46,331 bases of DNA from a virus (lineage: Duplodnaviria; Caudoviricetes), in the IMG/VR virus record IMGVR_UViG_3300030433_002227, positions 1 through 46,331 of that record, one strand, 5' to 3'. Shown piece after piece: positions 1 through 8,813 of the stretch. The first letter of the stretch is position 1. The number at the start of each line of letters is the position of its first letter. The notes beneath the pieces were generated by a model. The model made no database searches. It was not told the DNA's origin and saw only the letters and a list, made by a program, of their open reading frames with translations. A program made the position numbers and the translations under genes.

Positions 1-43
1 CTATACCTGCAAACTTGGTTGTTGCTGATTCTACATATTTGCC
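1..43. repeat. Terminal direct repeat, copy 1 (43 bp; circular assembly overlap)
   Basis: CTATACCTGC...ACATATTTGCC at 1-43 is identical to 46288-46330. Confidence 0.95.
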
Positions 44-373
44 ATAGAAACCTATATCAACACTATTTCCAGTGTTATCTTTTGATAGTTTGATAAATGG
101 GTCTGTAATGCTGACTGTTGTGGAATCAATAGTTGTGGTTGTGCCTTGAACATCAAGGTTACCTGTAATGGTTAGATTACCATTGAATGTGTCATTTGTA
201 TCACTTCGCAGAAAAGCACCCTCACCACCTATCTTTCGTATATTATCTGAAGCATCTCTATAAAATAAAATCTGTGTGGCTTCTGTGAACCCCAATTCCC
301 CTTGAGCGATATTGGAAGTTGTGGGCGCATCTGAATCACTAGTATTTCGTTTTATTTTGATAGTGTTTGCCAT
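1..373 (-). CDS. 5' part of a 375-aa virion fibre protein spanning the circular junction (373..1 joined to 46287..45533)
   Basis: ATG at 373 overlaps the upstream TGA. Translates MANTIKIKRNTSDSDAPTTSNIAQGELGF...KFAGI and continues as ARDADDSGKF...LQAEPTT; 1128 nt in total, in frame. Confidence 0.85.
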   Translation of the reverse strand, partial: MANTIKIKRNTSDSDAPTTSNIAQGELGFTEATQILFYRDASDNIRKIGGEGAFLRSDTNDTFNGNLTITGNLDVQGTTTTIDSTTVSITDPFIKLSKDNTGNSVDIGFYGKYVESATTKFAGI

Positions 374-729
374 CAGTATGTTCCTGCATCTATTTCTTGG
401 GTGTAAACAAACTCATCACTCGATGAACTGAATTTTATCATATCTCCATCTGATGGTGCTGAAGTTGGCAAATCTTTTCCACCAATAGTTGCTGTTCCGC
501 TTGGTCCTTGTGGTCCTTGTGTGCCAACTGAAACCACATCGATATTTGTTGATATAATTTCTACATTCAAAGCTACATCTGCAATAGAGACTGTATTGGC
601 TGTTTCTTGAACTGTTACTGATGTTGAGTCTGCAATAGTTACTGAGTTAAGTGTTTGTGCTATTTCAACAGTGTTCCCACCTGATACGGCTATAGAGTTT
701 GTTTGCCCTGTAAGTATCACATCGTTCAT
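373..729 (-). CDS. Putative virion structural protein (short GPQGPSG collagen-like motif)
   Basis: Coupled to neighbours; beta-rich; ends IDAGTY. Confidence 0.7.
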   Translation of the reverse strand: MNDVILTGQTNSIAVSGGNTVEIAQTLNSVTIADSTSVTVQETANTVSIADVALNVEIISTNIDVVSVGTQGPQGPSGTATIGGKDLPTSAPSDGDMIKFSSSSDEFVYTQEIDAGTY

Positions 730-1076
730 CTTGTGACCTCTCTGACGATAGAATAAGCACCTTCTATTAACCTTGTTACAACACCGCCACCTGATACTAA
801 TTCTAAATCATACACACCATCACCTGCCGTAAGATTTGCTGTATCAGTTGCCGCAACTGTGAGTGTAATTGTTCCATTTGCACCGCCCAACGCAATGCGT
901 CCATTTTCTGTTGTAAGCGTTAAAACGGTTGATGAACTTTCTATCTCATCCCTTAACTGCATACGTGCTGTAAAACCAGATAAGTTGATTGCTGAACCTG
1001 CGCTATCTTTGTAAGTGATAACCAAAGATAAAGTTGCCCCTTGTTCAACAGTGAGATAGTAATTCCCTGCCGTCAT
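726..1076 (-). CDS. Virion structural/adaptor protein (BppU/LtfC-like Ig-fold)
   Basis: EQGAT...INLSGFTARMQLR...GVYDLEL...RLIEG pattern; start at 1076 by ATGA overlap. Confidence 0.65.
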   Translation of the reverse strand: MTAGNYYLTVEQGATLSLVITYKDSAGSAINLSGFTARMQLRDEIESSSTVLTLTTENGRIALGGANGTITLTVAATDTANLTAGDGVYDLELVSGGGVVTRLIEGAYSIVREVTR

Positions 1077-1351
1077 TTTGTTTCCCAAGCCTCATTAACA
1101 TCTGGCGTTGATGGATCATCTCCCTTTAAAGTACCATCTGCGTTTCTAGCCCTTTTACGTGGCTTTGCCTTTGTTTCGGTAGGTTTTACTACTTTTGTTT
1201 CTTCAGCCACCCCTGCGCCTATGAAATTAGCGACTAACGCCTGTTTCCAAGGTTTATCTATAATTATTTCTTCTCCTGCTTCATACATACGAACTTCTGA
1301 TCCATGTTCGTTTGATGCGCCTAATGTTGAGACAAGCATTTTTACTGTCAT
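1073..1351 (-). CDS. Hypothetical head-associated protein
   Basis: GGAG RBS; ARNADGTLKGDDPSTPDVNEAW tail typical of marine phages (recalled). Confidence 0.7.
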   Translation of the reverse strand: MTVKMLVSTLGASNEHGSEVRMYEAGEEIIIDKPWKQALVANFIGAGVAEETKVVKPTETKAKPRKRARNADGTLKGDDPSTPDVNEAWETK

Positions 1352-1362
1352 GATATTCTCCG

Positions 1363-1389
1363 AAAAAAAGGGCAGAGTTTCCCCTGCCC
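1363..1389 (-). terminator. Intrinsic terminator after the capsid/decoration genes
   Basis: Minus strand GGGCAGGG-GAAA-CTCTGCCC-TTTTTTT. Confidence 0.85.
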
Positions 1390-1397
1390 CTGTTTAT

Positions 1398-1874
1398 TTA
1401 TGCGTTATGAACATCAAAGGCATTATCGCCAGTATGACGAGCATGACTCTTGATTACAGTAGTACCTAATGGTGTACCGTTTGAGTGTGAACCTGTCTTG
1501 GCAATAGTGGTTCGGATATACCTTTTCCCACCGATGTAACCTACACGATAGGTTGATCCAGTTGAATCTGGATTACCTGCTGTGCCTGCTGTTCCTGTTC
1601 CATCAATTTTCAAAAACACTCCATCTGAAGCAATCGTACCATCAACGATGTCACTTTGAGTAGCATCTGTATAAGTAGCGTTATCATCAGAATGCTCTAA
1701 ACCAATTTCAAAGAAAACAGAACCTGATAAAGTATCGCCTTCTGCACCAATCGTTACAAGAACTGTTGCGCCTTCATACCCTTGAAGATCAACCCCTGTT
1801 CCATTTGATGCGGCTGTTGTGACTGCACTTTTGTGAGAAAGTGCGGTTGCTATTGAGTTAGATAAGTCTTTCAT
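1398..1874 (-). CDS. Putative capsid decoration/cement protein
   Basis: Directly after the MCP; NGTGVDLQGY...GYIGGKRYIR pattern. Confidence 0.65.
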   Translation of the reverse strand: MKDLSNSIATALSHKSAVTTAASNGTGVDLQGYEGATVLVTIGAEGDTLSGSVFFEIGLEHSDDNATYTDATQSDIVDGTIASDGVFLKIDGTGTAGTAGNPDSTGSTYRVGYIGGKRYIRTTIAKTGSHSNGTPLGTTVIKSHARHTGDNAFDVHNA

Positions 1875-1885
1875 ATCACTCTCCC

Positions 1886-3103
1886 TTATGCTGAGATTGT
1901 TTGGGTGCGGAGTGCTTCAGCTAGAATTACCTGACCACCAACTCTACGTCTTGCAACATAACGAACTGTGCCACTTGTTGCTTGAGTAAATGGATCACGC
2001 AATACCGATAAAGCCACACGATCAACGACCATGTATCCACGACTAAAATCACCGAATGCAACTGGTTTTGCTGAACCTGCAACATCTGGCATATCTGGCA
2101 TCTCTACATATGGATAGCCAAGAATTGTGTTTGGCACACCTGCTGTAAGCATCATACCTGCTTGAAAAACATACTGCCCTGCTGTGTCTTTCAACTTACG
2201 AATAGCCGCCAAGGTAGTACGATTGAAAATAAATGTACCATTTGCCCCATATGGACTTTTCACTGCATGAACTAGGTCAATTAAACCATCTGCTTTCAAC
2301 AAGCTGTTGTCTCCAGAGTTTGTTGTTCCAACACTTGAATTTGTTAGAATGCCCTCTGGTTTACCGACTGCATTTCCACTAATCATGGATGTACCTTCAG
2401 CCTTTGCAAATTGATCTGCAAACTCCTGTTGCATCTCTGCTTCAAGATTGAATACAGAATCCTCAAGCTCTTGCTCAGAAATATCAACAAGCGCATATAA
2501 CTCATGTGTTGGAATCTCTTCTAACTGAGTTGTATATCCTGTTGTCTCAGAACGTGTGCCTGTTTCTGCAACGAATTGTGCCGCAAAAGTTGCTGTGCGT
2601 GATGGTATCTGCACTGACTTCTGTGTTGTTTGTCTTACCCTTGCAATTGTTCTCATGGGTGAAACTTCAGTCAATGTTTTGATAAGTTCACGAACATATT
2701 CTGGTGGTGCAAGAAAACCTGCTGATGTATCGTCTGACACTGTAAGTGCCTTTACCTCATCAACATCCATGTTTTCTTTGCCTTTGCGTAACCATTTTTC
2801 AAACGCCTTGGTTGACATATCAACTTGTGGTGCTTGTAAACCTGCTTCTGGTCTCTTCAACATAGTTTCAAATTCAGTCAACTTTTCTTCGACTTTCTTT
2901 GATTCTTGTTGCTGTAGAGTTAGTTTCTGGTTTATATCTTCAAATCTATCAAGGTCTGCCTCAATATTTTTGATTTTCTCTTCTACGAGTGGGTCTGATG
3001 AACCCTTTTTTTCAATTTCTGCTAATCGAGCGTCATTGGTTGATTTGAACTCTTCAAATGCTTTTGCCATGCCCTCGACTGCATTTTTGACATCTTCTGA
3101 CAT
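1886..3103 (-). CDS. Major capsid protein, HK97 fold
   Basis: Coiled-coil delta domain, GFLAPPE, GKPEGIL, FGDFSRGY, LRDPFT motifs. Confidence 0.97.
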   Translation of the reverse strand: MSEDVKNAVEGMAKAFEEFKSTNDARLAEIEKKGSSDPLVEEKIKNIEADLDRFEDINQKLTLQQQESKKVEEKLTEFETMLKRPEAGLQAPQVDMSTKAFEKWLRKGKENMDVDEVKALTVSDDTSAGFLAPPEYVRELIKTLTEVSPMRTIARVRQTTQKSVQIPSRTATFAAQFVAETGTRSETTGYTTQLEEIPTHELYALVDISEQELEDSVFNLEAEMQQEFADQFAKAEGTSMISGNAVGKPEGILTNSSVGTTNSGDNSLLKADGLIDLVHAVKSPYGANGTFIFNRTTLAAIRKLKDTAGQYVFQAGMMLTAGVPNTILGYPYVEMPDMPDVAGSAKPVAFGDFSRGYMVVDRVALSVLRDPFTQATSGTVRYVARRRVGGQVILAEALRTQTISA

Positions 3104-3105
3104 CT

Positions 3106-3954
3106 TCAGTCTCCTTTTAGGATTTTAGTTAAATTAGCAATCTGCTTGATTACATCTGTTTGCTCATTGTCAACCTCTCGCTGATCTAAAGCCTTGTGGA
3201 CAGCATTTGCCGCCACCTTCGATTCACTTCTGGAAAGCTCCCCTGCCTCTCGCAGAATCACTTCCCATTCACGAACCGATTTGCCGCTACCCTTTACCGC
3301 CTGTATCCTTGCGCGAGGATTCATTGGAAAAGTAACAGCAGAAATCTCCATCAAGTCTACTTCTTTGAGCATTCGTCTTTTGCCCTTTTCATCGTAGTGT
3401 GCGCCTTTTGGAGAAACTCTGTAGCCAATAGATAAACCATCTATCGCACCCATTTTCATTAATTCATAAACTTCTTTGCCTTTCTGTGTACCCATAGCAA
3501 GGCGACCCTTCACCTTTAGTCCTTTTCTATCTTCTATGATTTCATCAAATACACCAATTGGCTCATCTGCCTTATGTTGATATAATAGTTTGACACCTCT
3601 TGCGCCCTTAGATGCGATTGACTTTGCAAACGCACCTTGCATCATAACATCATTTCCTAAATCTTTATTATTGAAGATTGAACCATATCCAGAAAACATT
3701 CCTTTGTTCTCTTCATCATCATCATGATATGCTTTTAATTCAGCTTTTACGTCTAAAACTTCTGTTTCCTCGAATTCTTCCATCGGCTCTTGATCAAAAT
3801 CCATCGCACTCTCCTTGCCTTCGCCACGAAAACTGCTGAGACAAATCGCTAACCTCTGGTTTCGGCTATACTCAGCTTGCATTGTCCTATCCCCCATACA
3901 TCGTGACATGAAATCTTCTTCCCCCTCGCCACTTGATGGTTTTGGTATCGGCAT
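3106..3954 (-). CDS. HK97-type prohead protease with N-terminal extension
   Basis: FSGYGSIF, LLYQH, DGLSIGY, LMEISAVTFPMN motifs. Confidence 0.95.
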   Translation of the reverse strand: MPIPKPSSGEGEEDFMSRCMGDRTMQAEYSRNQRLAICLSSFRGEGKESAMDFDQEPMEEFEETEVLDVKAELKAYHDDDEENKGMFSGYGSIFNNKDLGNDVMMQGAFAKSIASKGARGVKLLYQHKADEPIGVFDEIIEDRKGLKVKGRLAMGTQKGKEVYELMKMGAIDGLSIGYRVSPKGAHYDEKGKRRMLKEVDLMEISAVTFPMNPRARIQAVKGSGKSVREWEVILREAGELSRSESKVAANAVHKALDQREVDNEQTDVIKQIANLTKILKGD

Positions 3955-3971
3955 ATGCATCTCCTGTTATG

Positions 3972-4000
3972 ATTATAACATCATATTCAATAGATAACAA
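3972..4000 (-). promoter_or_regulatory. Sigma70-like promoter for protease/capsid genes
   Basis: TTGTTA-17 bp-TATAAT with TG extended -10, then AGGAG RBS. Confidence 0.55.
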
Positions 4001-4021
4001 TCTTTTGAGTAAATGACAAAT

Positions 4022-4042
4022 AAAAAGGGGGCATAAGCCCCC
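4022..4042 (-). terminator. Intrinsic terminator
   Basis: GGGGGC-TTAT-GCCCCC-TTTTT on the minus strand. Confidence 0.8.
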
Positions 4043-4065
4043 ATAAGTTTTATTAATTAATATTT

Positions 4066-4293
4066 TTAGAAATTATTTAATTGAGAAAGGATTTTAATTT
4101 CTTTTTGTACCGTATAATTTTTGCCTAGATGAAGTCTAATGCTATGTACAAGTTTTTTTCTAGCTTTTGTTACTGCACCTTGTAGACCTGCTTTTCTTTT
4201 TGTGAAATCTGAAACTTGCTCTTCGCAGAATTTTTCTTCTAATTTTTCTAGTTTTTTACTTAATTCTATTATTTGTGTTGGTAGCTTTTGCAT
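4066..4293 (-). CDS. Small hypothetical early protein
   Basis: Own promoter, GGAG-A6-ATG RBS and terminator. Confidence 0.7.
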   Translation of the reverse strand: MQKLPTQIIELSKKLEKLEEKFCEEQVSDFTKRKAGLQGAVTKARKKLVHSIRLHLGKNYTVQKEIKILSQLNNF

Positions 4294-4325
4294 TTTTTTC
4301 TCCATTTTTCAAAGTTCTTTTAATT

Positions 4326-4355
4326 ATATTACATAAATAGTTTCCATATGTCAAC
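4326..4355 (-). promoter_or_regulatory. Early promoter with 16-bp operator (GTTGACATATGGAAAC)
   Basis: TTGACA-17-TAATAT; AT-rich upstream tract. Confidence 0.7.
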
Positions 4356-4407
4356 ACTTATTTTATATTATTTTGTAATTTTTTTTATTATTTTTTATTA
4401 TTTTATT

Positions 4408-4441
4408 GTTGACATAAGGCAACACACTTGCTATATATAAT
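4408..4441 (+). promoter_or_regulatory. Early promoter with 16-bp operator (GTTGACATAAGGCAAC)
   Basis: TTGACA-17-TATATA, TATAAT just downstream; AT-rich upstream tract. Confidence 0.7.
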
Positions 4442-4470
4442 ATATAAGAACACAAACTTTGGAGAGAAAA

Positions 4471-4695
4471 ATGAAATTAATACAAGAAGCAAATAATTTT
4501 CCTGCTTGGGAAATACAACGCAATAATGAAGTAATTGGTTGTTTAACAAATTTTCGTGGCGAGGGTTTTGCTTGCACAATAAAAGCAGATTTCACAAATA
4601 ATGTTGAGCGCACAATATATGAGCCAACAATTAAATCATTAGAAGAAATGAAAGCTGTAATAGCTAATTTTATTTTAAATTTAAAATATAATTAA
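4471..4695 (+). CDS. Small hypothetical early protein
   Basis: GGAG RBS downstream of promoter. Confidence 0.7.
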   Translation: MKLIQEANNFPAWEIQRNNEVIGCLTNFRGEGFACTIKADFTNNVERTIYEPTIKSLEEMKAVIANFILNLKYN

Positions 4696-4706
4696 TGGAG
4701 GAAAAA

Positions 4707-5033
4707 ATGACTGAACATATGGAAGTAGCAAACACAATAAGAAAACAGATTATGCACTGTGCGCCATACGCTTTGATGGCTTGGGGTGCAAAAAACCCAA
4801 TCGCTACGATGGGTGATGACACAAAAAAAGGTGGACTACAATTTAGAGTGGGAGGGATGGTTCACAAAGGATATGTAGAGATTAAACTTGCATGGAATGA
4901 CACTTATACTGTTGAGACATTCAAAATAAGAAAAGGTGAAAAGAAAATAACAAAAACTATTGACCACGTTTACTTCGACCAACTAGTTGATGTGTGTGAC
5001 CACTTAATTGAAGGAATGCAATTCGCAAGATAA
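4707..5033 (+). CDS. Hypothetical early protein
   Basis: GGAGG RBS; GGLQF...KGYVEIKL..NDTYTV pattern typical of phage early genes (recalled). Confidence 0.75.
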   Translation: MTEHMEVANTIRKQIMHCAPYALMAWGAKNPIATMGDDTKKGGLQFRVGGMVHKGYVEIKLAWNDTYTVETFKIRKGEKKITKTIDHVYFDQLVDVCDHLIEGMQFAR

Positions 5034-5038
5034 AAGAA

Positions 5039-5147
5039 TTGTGAGGGAGAGTTTGGTAGTCTCTTCAACACAGAGGGGAAAGGATGTGGATAAACTCTGA
5101 ATTATCTCCTAGTTCAGCCCACCTTTCCTCTCACAAGACAAAGGAGA
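5039..5147 (+). ncRNA. Candidate structured leader RNA upstream of the glycosylase gene
   Basis: Nested stems 5073-82/5123-32, 5086-89/5119-22, 5097-104/5110-17; loop TCTCC. Confidence 0.5.
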
Positions 5148-5151
5148 AAAG

Positions 5152-5643
5152 ATGAATATATTTCATTTAGATAAAGACCCCATAGAATCAGCACGTTTTC
5201 ATTGTGATAAACACGTTTGCAAAATGATTGTTGAAACTGCACAGATGCTTTGCACAGCACATCGAATTGTTGACCCACAATGGGCAGAAGATATGAAACT
5301 GATGAAAGCAGGATTTCGAAACCACCCAATGACAATATGGGTGAGAACATCTCAAGAAAATTACAGATGGGCATTTCGTTTGTTTCAAGGATTACTTGAT
5401 GAATATGAACATCGTTATGGTAGACTTCATAAATGTATTGAACATGAGATGGGTTTATTATCACCACCACCTATACCAGATATAGGTTTTACAGAAGTTC
5501 CTCTTTGTATGCCAAATCATTGTAAGAATGTTTTGAGTCATGTGAGGTCTTACAGAGAATACTACCGCAAAGAAAAACGATACTTCGCCAAGTGGACTAA
5601 AAGAGATGTTCCTTACTGGTTTGATGATCCTGAGTTAGTCTAA
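5152..5643 (+). CDS. Pyrimidine-dimer DNA glycosylase (T4 DenV-like family)
   Basis: MNIFHLD..P...A..HCDKHVCKMIVETAQML, NHP..IW, SYREYY motifs. Confidence 0.8.
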   Translation: MNIFHLDKDPIESARFHCDKHVCKMIVETAQMLCTAHRIVDPQWAEDMKLMKAGFRNHPMTIWVRTSQENYRWAFRLFQGLLDEYEHRYGRLHKCIEHEMGLLSPPPIPDIGFTEVPLCMPNHCKNVLSHVRSYREYYRKEKRYFAKWTKRDVPYWFDDPELV

Positions 5644-6420
5644 TAATTCATCTTCTGGTGATACATACAAAGTAACACAACGGCAGTTTATGACATTGGC
5701 GACCCCACCTTTGGGGTCTCCTGTGTATGACATACGATAATCAAACCCCTTATATGGAACAATAAAATCTTCATCAAGTGGAACTTCTGTGCCATTCATA
5801 GCCCTGTGATGCGCCCTTGTTCTATCATCATTAGCACTGACCCATCGTTTGACTTGGTTTGGTATATTGAGACTAGCATTAACTTCATGATTAGCAAAAG
5901 ATGATGCACTGTGTGTTTCTGTTCTTGCGATAGTTGCAGAGCGATACCTGCTGAATGTTCCTGTCATGCTTTCAAATATATTTCTTGCTGTGACTGCAAC
6001 ACCAAGCCCATCTAGTTCTGATTGCCTTATTATTCGTGTTATGATTGCAAGCGTTGTTTCACTGATGGCGGTAATATGCCTTGCCCCTTGTTGTATCAAA
6101 AATAATTTTATTAATCTATCAAACAACGCCTCTTGTTTTCTTGCTCTAAGGATACGTTGACCAAACTCTTCAATAATTGCTCTGTAATTTGGTTCTAAGA
6201 TATTTGATAACTTTGGTTGTATATCTACACCAACTTTAATTAATCTTCCTGCTTCTTGATATTCTCTCCTTGCTTGGTCACCTACTTCTGCAAAAAAGGT
6301 GTTCATCTGTAATCTTATTTTTCTCTCATAAGATATTCGTAATCTATTTTGTTCAATGAATTCTTTTCTTGCAGATATGCGGTATCCGTTCTGCTTTAAT
6401 GCAAGATTTGATTGCATCAA
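5635..6420 (-). CDS. Minor head protein (Mu gpF / SPP1 gp7 family)
   Basis: IARTETH, KRW...DDRTR..H, INCRC motifs; follows the portal. Confidence 0.9.
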   Translation of the reverse strand: MMQSNLALKQNGYRISARKEFIEQNRLRISYERKIRLQMNTFFAEVGDQARREYQEAGRLIKVGVDIQPKLSNILEPNYRAIIEEFGQRILRARKQEALFDRLIKLFLIQQGARHITAISETTLAIITRIIRQSELDGLGVAVTARNIFESMTGTFSRYRSATIARTETHSASSFANHEVNASLNIPNQVKRWVSANDDRTRAHHRAMNGTEVPLDEDFIVPYKGFDYRMSYTGDPKGGVANVINCRCVTLYVSPEDELLD

Positions 6421-8813
6421 CTTTTTGACCTAAGAGGATGACCTTTTGGTAACAAATCTAAATCAAATTTTCCTGATCTGAATCTTCCTCTACGCACCGC
6501 ATATAAAAAAGCATTTACTCTTGCAATCGCCCATTGATCAGGACCCATAACATTTCTTCTCACTGATTCTGGATTTGTTCTGTATGCACCCACACCTCTA
6601 CGAAATACCGCTTCAAGCATCCTTTGTGTGACACGTTTACCTTTTTTATCACCATGCTTTTCATTGTGTTCTTTTACTTTATTAGCGATAGTCTTTTTAG
6701 TTCGTGCTGATATTGGTGCTTTTTCTTCGTAGGTGACAGGCTGTTCTTGCAAGTATTGTTCTATACTTTTCTCCTTATCTCTTTCTTTATCTAATTGAAC
6801 AACTTTTCGTCTTGCCCAAGACTGCCCTGCATCACCGCCCCATAACAACCAAGCTATTTTTCCTGCACTTGGATATCCATCTTCTCCTTGGCGAAAACCT
6901 TCCGCACGCTTGTCAACTTCATGTCGTGAGAAAAAACTGTGCATTCTCCGAACAACTGATGGAGACAATCTTTCACGAGCAACGAGTTGTCTAGCTCTAA
7001 GTGCGCCAACTCTAGTGCCTCCTCTACCGAACTCTTGTCGCATTTCCAATCCACGTTCTGCCTCCTGCGCCATCTCTCTTGTTGGTGTCGTATCTATATC
7101 ACTTTCTGCTTTATCTCCATCATCTAAAAACTGCTCATCATCTTCCTTTTTGCCTGATACCCTGAGATAAATGGCATGACTAGAACAAGGCATATAGTAG
7201 TTTCCATCTGGACCTTTTACTGTGTGAGTGCCATCACAACCAAGATTTCTTGCTCTTCTTGCCGCTTCTGGTTGCGAATCAAACACATCTCTTCCTTGAC
7301 CAAAACGTGGGTCTTGTGTGACCCTCAATTCTGGGTCTGCGGTGTGATATTTCTTGGCTGTAAGTTCCTGACCTGTCAATCTCTCATAATCTGCGTGAGA
7401 GGCGCATGGCATAAATATCGTACCATCATCGGTATCATGAGTATGAAAACCAAAACACCCTATTTCTTCTGCTCTATCTTCAGCCTCTTCTTGAGTGCTA
7501 AAAACATCTTTTGAAATTTCTCTTTTAATACCGTAAGCATCTTCTGCATCCTTTTCTGCTTCTTCACCCTCTGAGGGTGCAACTTCTGTTGAACCAAGAG
7601 GGAAGAGATTAGCCGCGATAAAAACATCATCACCTCCTGTGATAGGCTCTAAACCTAGCCTTTCTCTAGCCTCATTTCTTGATATAATACCTTCTCTCAC
7701 TGCTTGAACCACATTTTCATAAGTTCTTCGTCTGCGTTCCGTCATGGCAGGTATTGATTCAAAATCATACGCCAGTGATATATCATCACCGAACATTGGA
7801 GCAAGCCATTCATTGAAATCTGATTCAACCCTTCTTGCTAATGGGATAATTGTTTCTTCATAAAGTGCTAATCGTGCCTCTTGTACGTTTGCATAAGTTT
7901 GGCTGTCTGGTATTCCTATTAATTGAGATGGTACACCAAAACATAAAGCAATATCCTTTGCCGCCATGTGTTTCTGTTGTAGAAAATCCATATCCTTGGG
8001 TGATAATCCCATCTCACGCCAATCAAAATCACCTTCTAACAGTAATGGTCTCCCTGCATTTTTTGGTCCTTGAAACTTCATACGCAAATCATCTTGCAAC
8101 TGTTGGCGTTGACCATCTGTGAGTTGCATTGCCATACCTCTGTCATTTTGAGGTTTAAAAACGATTGCACCTGACGGTCTTGCTCCATTGTCTAATAAAG
8201 CCACATTGTGTTTGTTCACAGCATTATGATTATCAATATCAACAGATGCCGCCTTTATTGGTGACATTCCATAAAAATCGTCTAACGGATTATACATCTT
8301 AATGTGTTTCACTTCTGATGCACCTGTAACAGAATCAGCATCATAAGTTTTTACTACCTTACCATTTATAATGTATTCAAAGCCCTCTGGATTAGAAGTT
8401 TTTCCTGTTTTTATTCTAACCCTATCTGGACGCAATAGATAAAGTTCTCTTGGAACACCTGCAACTTCTGATACTTGTGCGTAAGAGTTTCCAGATATCA
8501 ATAGAAAAGAATATAAAGATTGAAAATATTCAACACCTGCTTGCATGGGATTAGGTTTATTAATTAAAGAAATAATGGGATGTTGATCAAGTTCCATTTC
8601 TCCTTGAAATGCTTTGAATGGAATAGATGCCGCTCCATTTGCTATTTCGTTTACACATCGATACACTATGGCATTTTGTGAGTACCCTTCTTCTGCATAG
8701 TTCTCATAATTATCCCTGCGACTATAAGAATACCCTGTTGTATTTAATACAACTTGCGGTGCTTCTTTTGTTTCAATTTTTGTTGTTCTGCGTAAAAAAT
8801 CAAATAAACCCAT
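6417..8813 (-). CDS. HK97-family portal protein with a C-terminal multi-domain extension of about 370 aa
   Basis: AIVYRCV, YGMSP, NGARPSG, IALCFGVP motifs; start at 8813 by overlap with the terL stop. Confidence 0.93.
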   Translation of the reverse strand: MGLFDFLRRTTKIETKEAPQVVLNTTGYSYSRRDNYENYAEEGYSQNAIVYRCVNEIANGAASIPFKAFQGEMELDQHPIISLINKPNPMQAGVEYFQSLYSFLLISGNSYAQVSEVAGVPRELYLLRPDRVRIKTGKTSNPEGFEYIINGKVVKTYDADSVTGASEVKHIKMYNPLDDFYGMSPIKAASVDIDNHNAVNKHNVALLDNGARPSGAIVFKPQNDRGMAMQLTDGQRQQLQDDLRMKFQGPKNAGRPLLLEGDFDWREMGLSPKDMDFLQQKHMAAKDIALCFGVPSQLIGIPDSQTYANVQEARLALYEETIIPLARRVESDFNEWLAPMFGDDISLAYDFESIPAMTERRRRTYENVVQAVREGIISRNEARERLGLEPITGGDDVFIAANLFPLGSTEVAPSEGEEAEKDAEDAYGIKREISKDVFSTQEEAEDRAEEIGCFGFHTHDTDDGTIFMPCASHADYERLTGQELTAKKYHTADPELRVTQDPRFGQGRDVFDSQPEAARRARNLGCDGTHTVKGPDGNYYMPCSSHAIYLRVSGKKEDDEQFLDDGDKAESDIDTTPTREMAQEAERGLEMRQEFGRGGTRVGALRARQLVARERLSPSVVRRMHSFFSRHEVDKRAEGFRQGEDGYPSAGKIAWLLWGGDAGQSWARRKVVQLDKERDKEKSIEQYLQEQPVTYEEKAPISARTKKTIANKVKEHNEKHGDKKGKRVTQRMLEAVFRRGVGAYRTNPESVRRNVMGPDQWAIARVNAFLYAVRRGRFRSGKFDLDLLPKGHPLRSKS

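Noticed and set aside
1-43. Physical terminal repeats or att sites
   Set aside because: The repeat lies mid-gene with the frame preserved on circularisation, so it is best explained as assembly overlap.
4408-4423. Operator as a host LexA or FNR box
   Set aside because: Does not match alphaproteobacterial LexA (GTTC-N7-GTTC); shares only the spacing of FNR TTGAT-N4-ATCAA.
6417-8813. Intein or homing endonuclease in the long portal
   Set aside because: No splice-junction or LAGLIDADG/HNH motifs; the extra sequence is a C-terminal extension.
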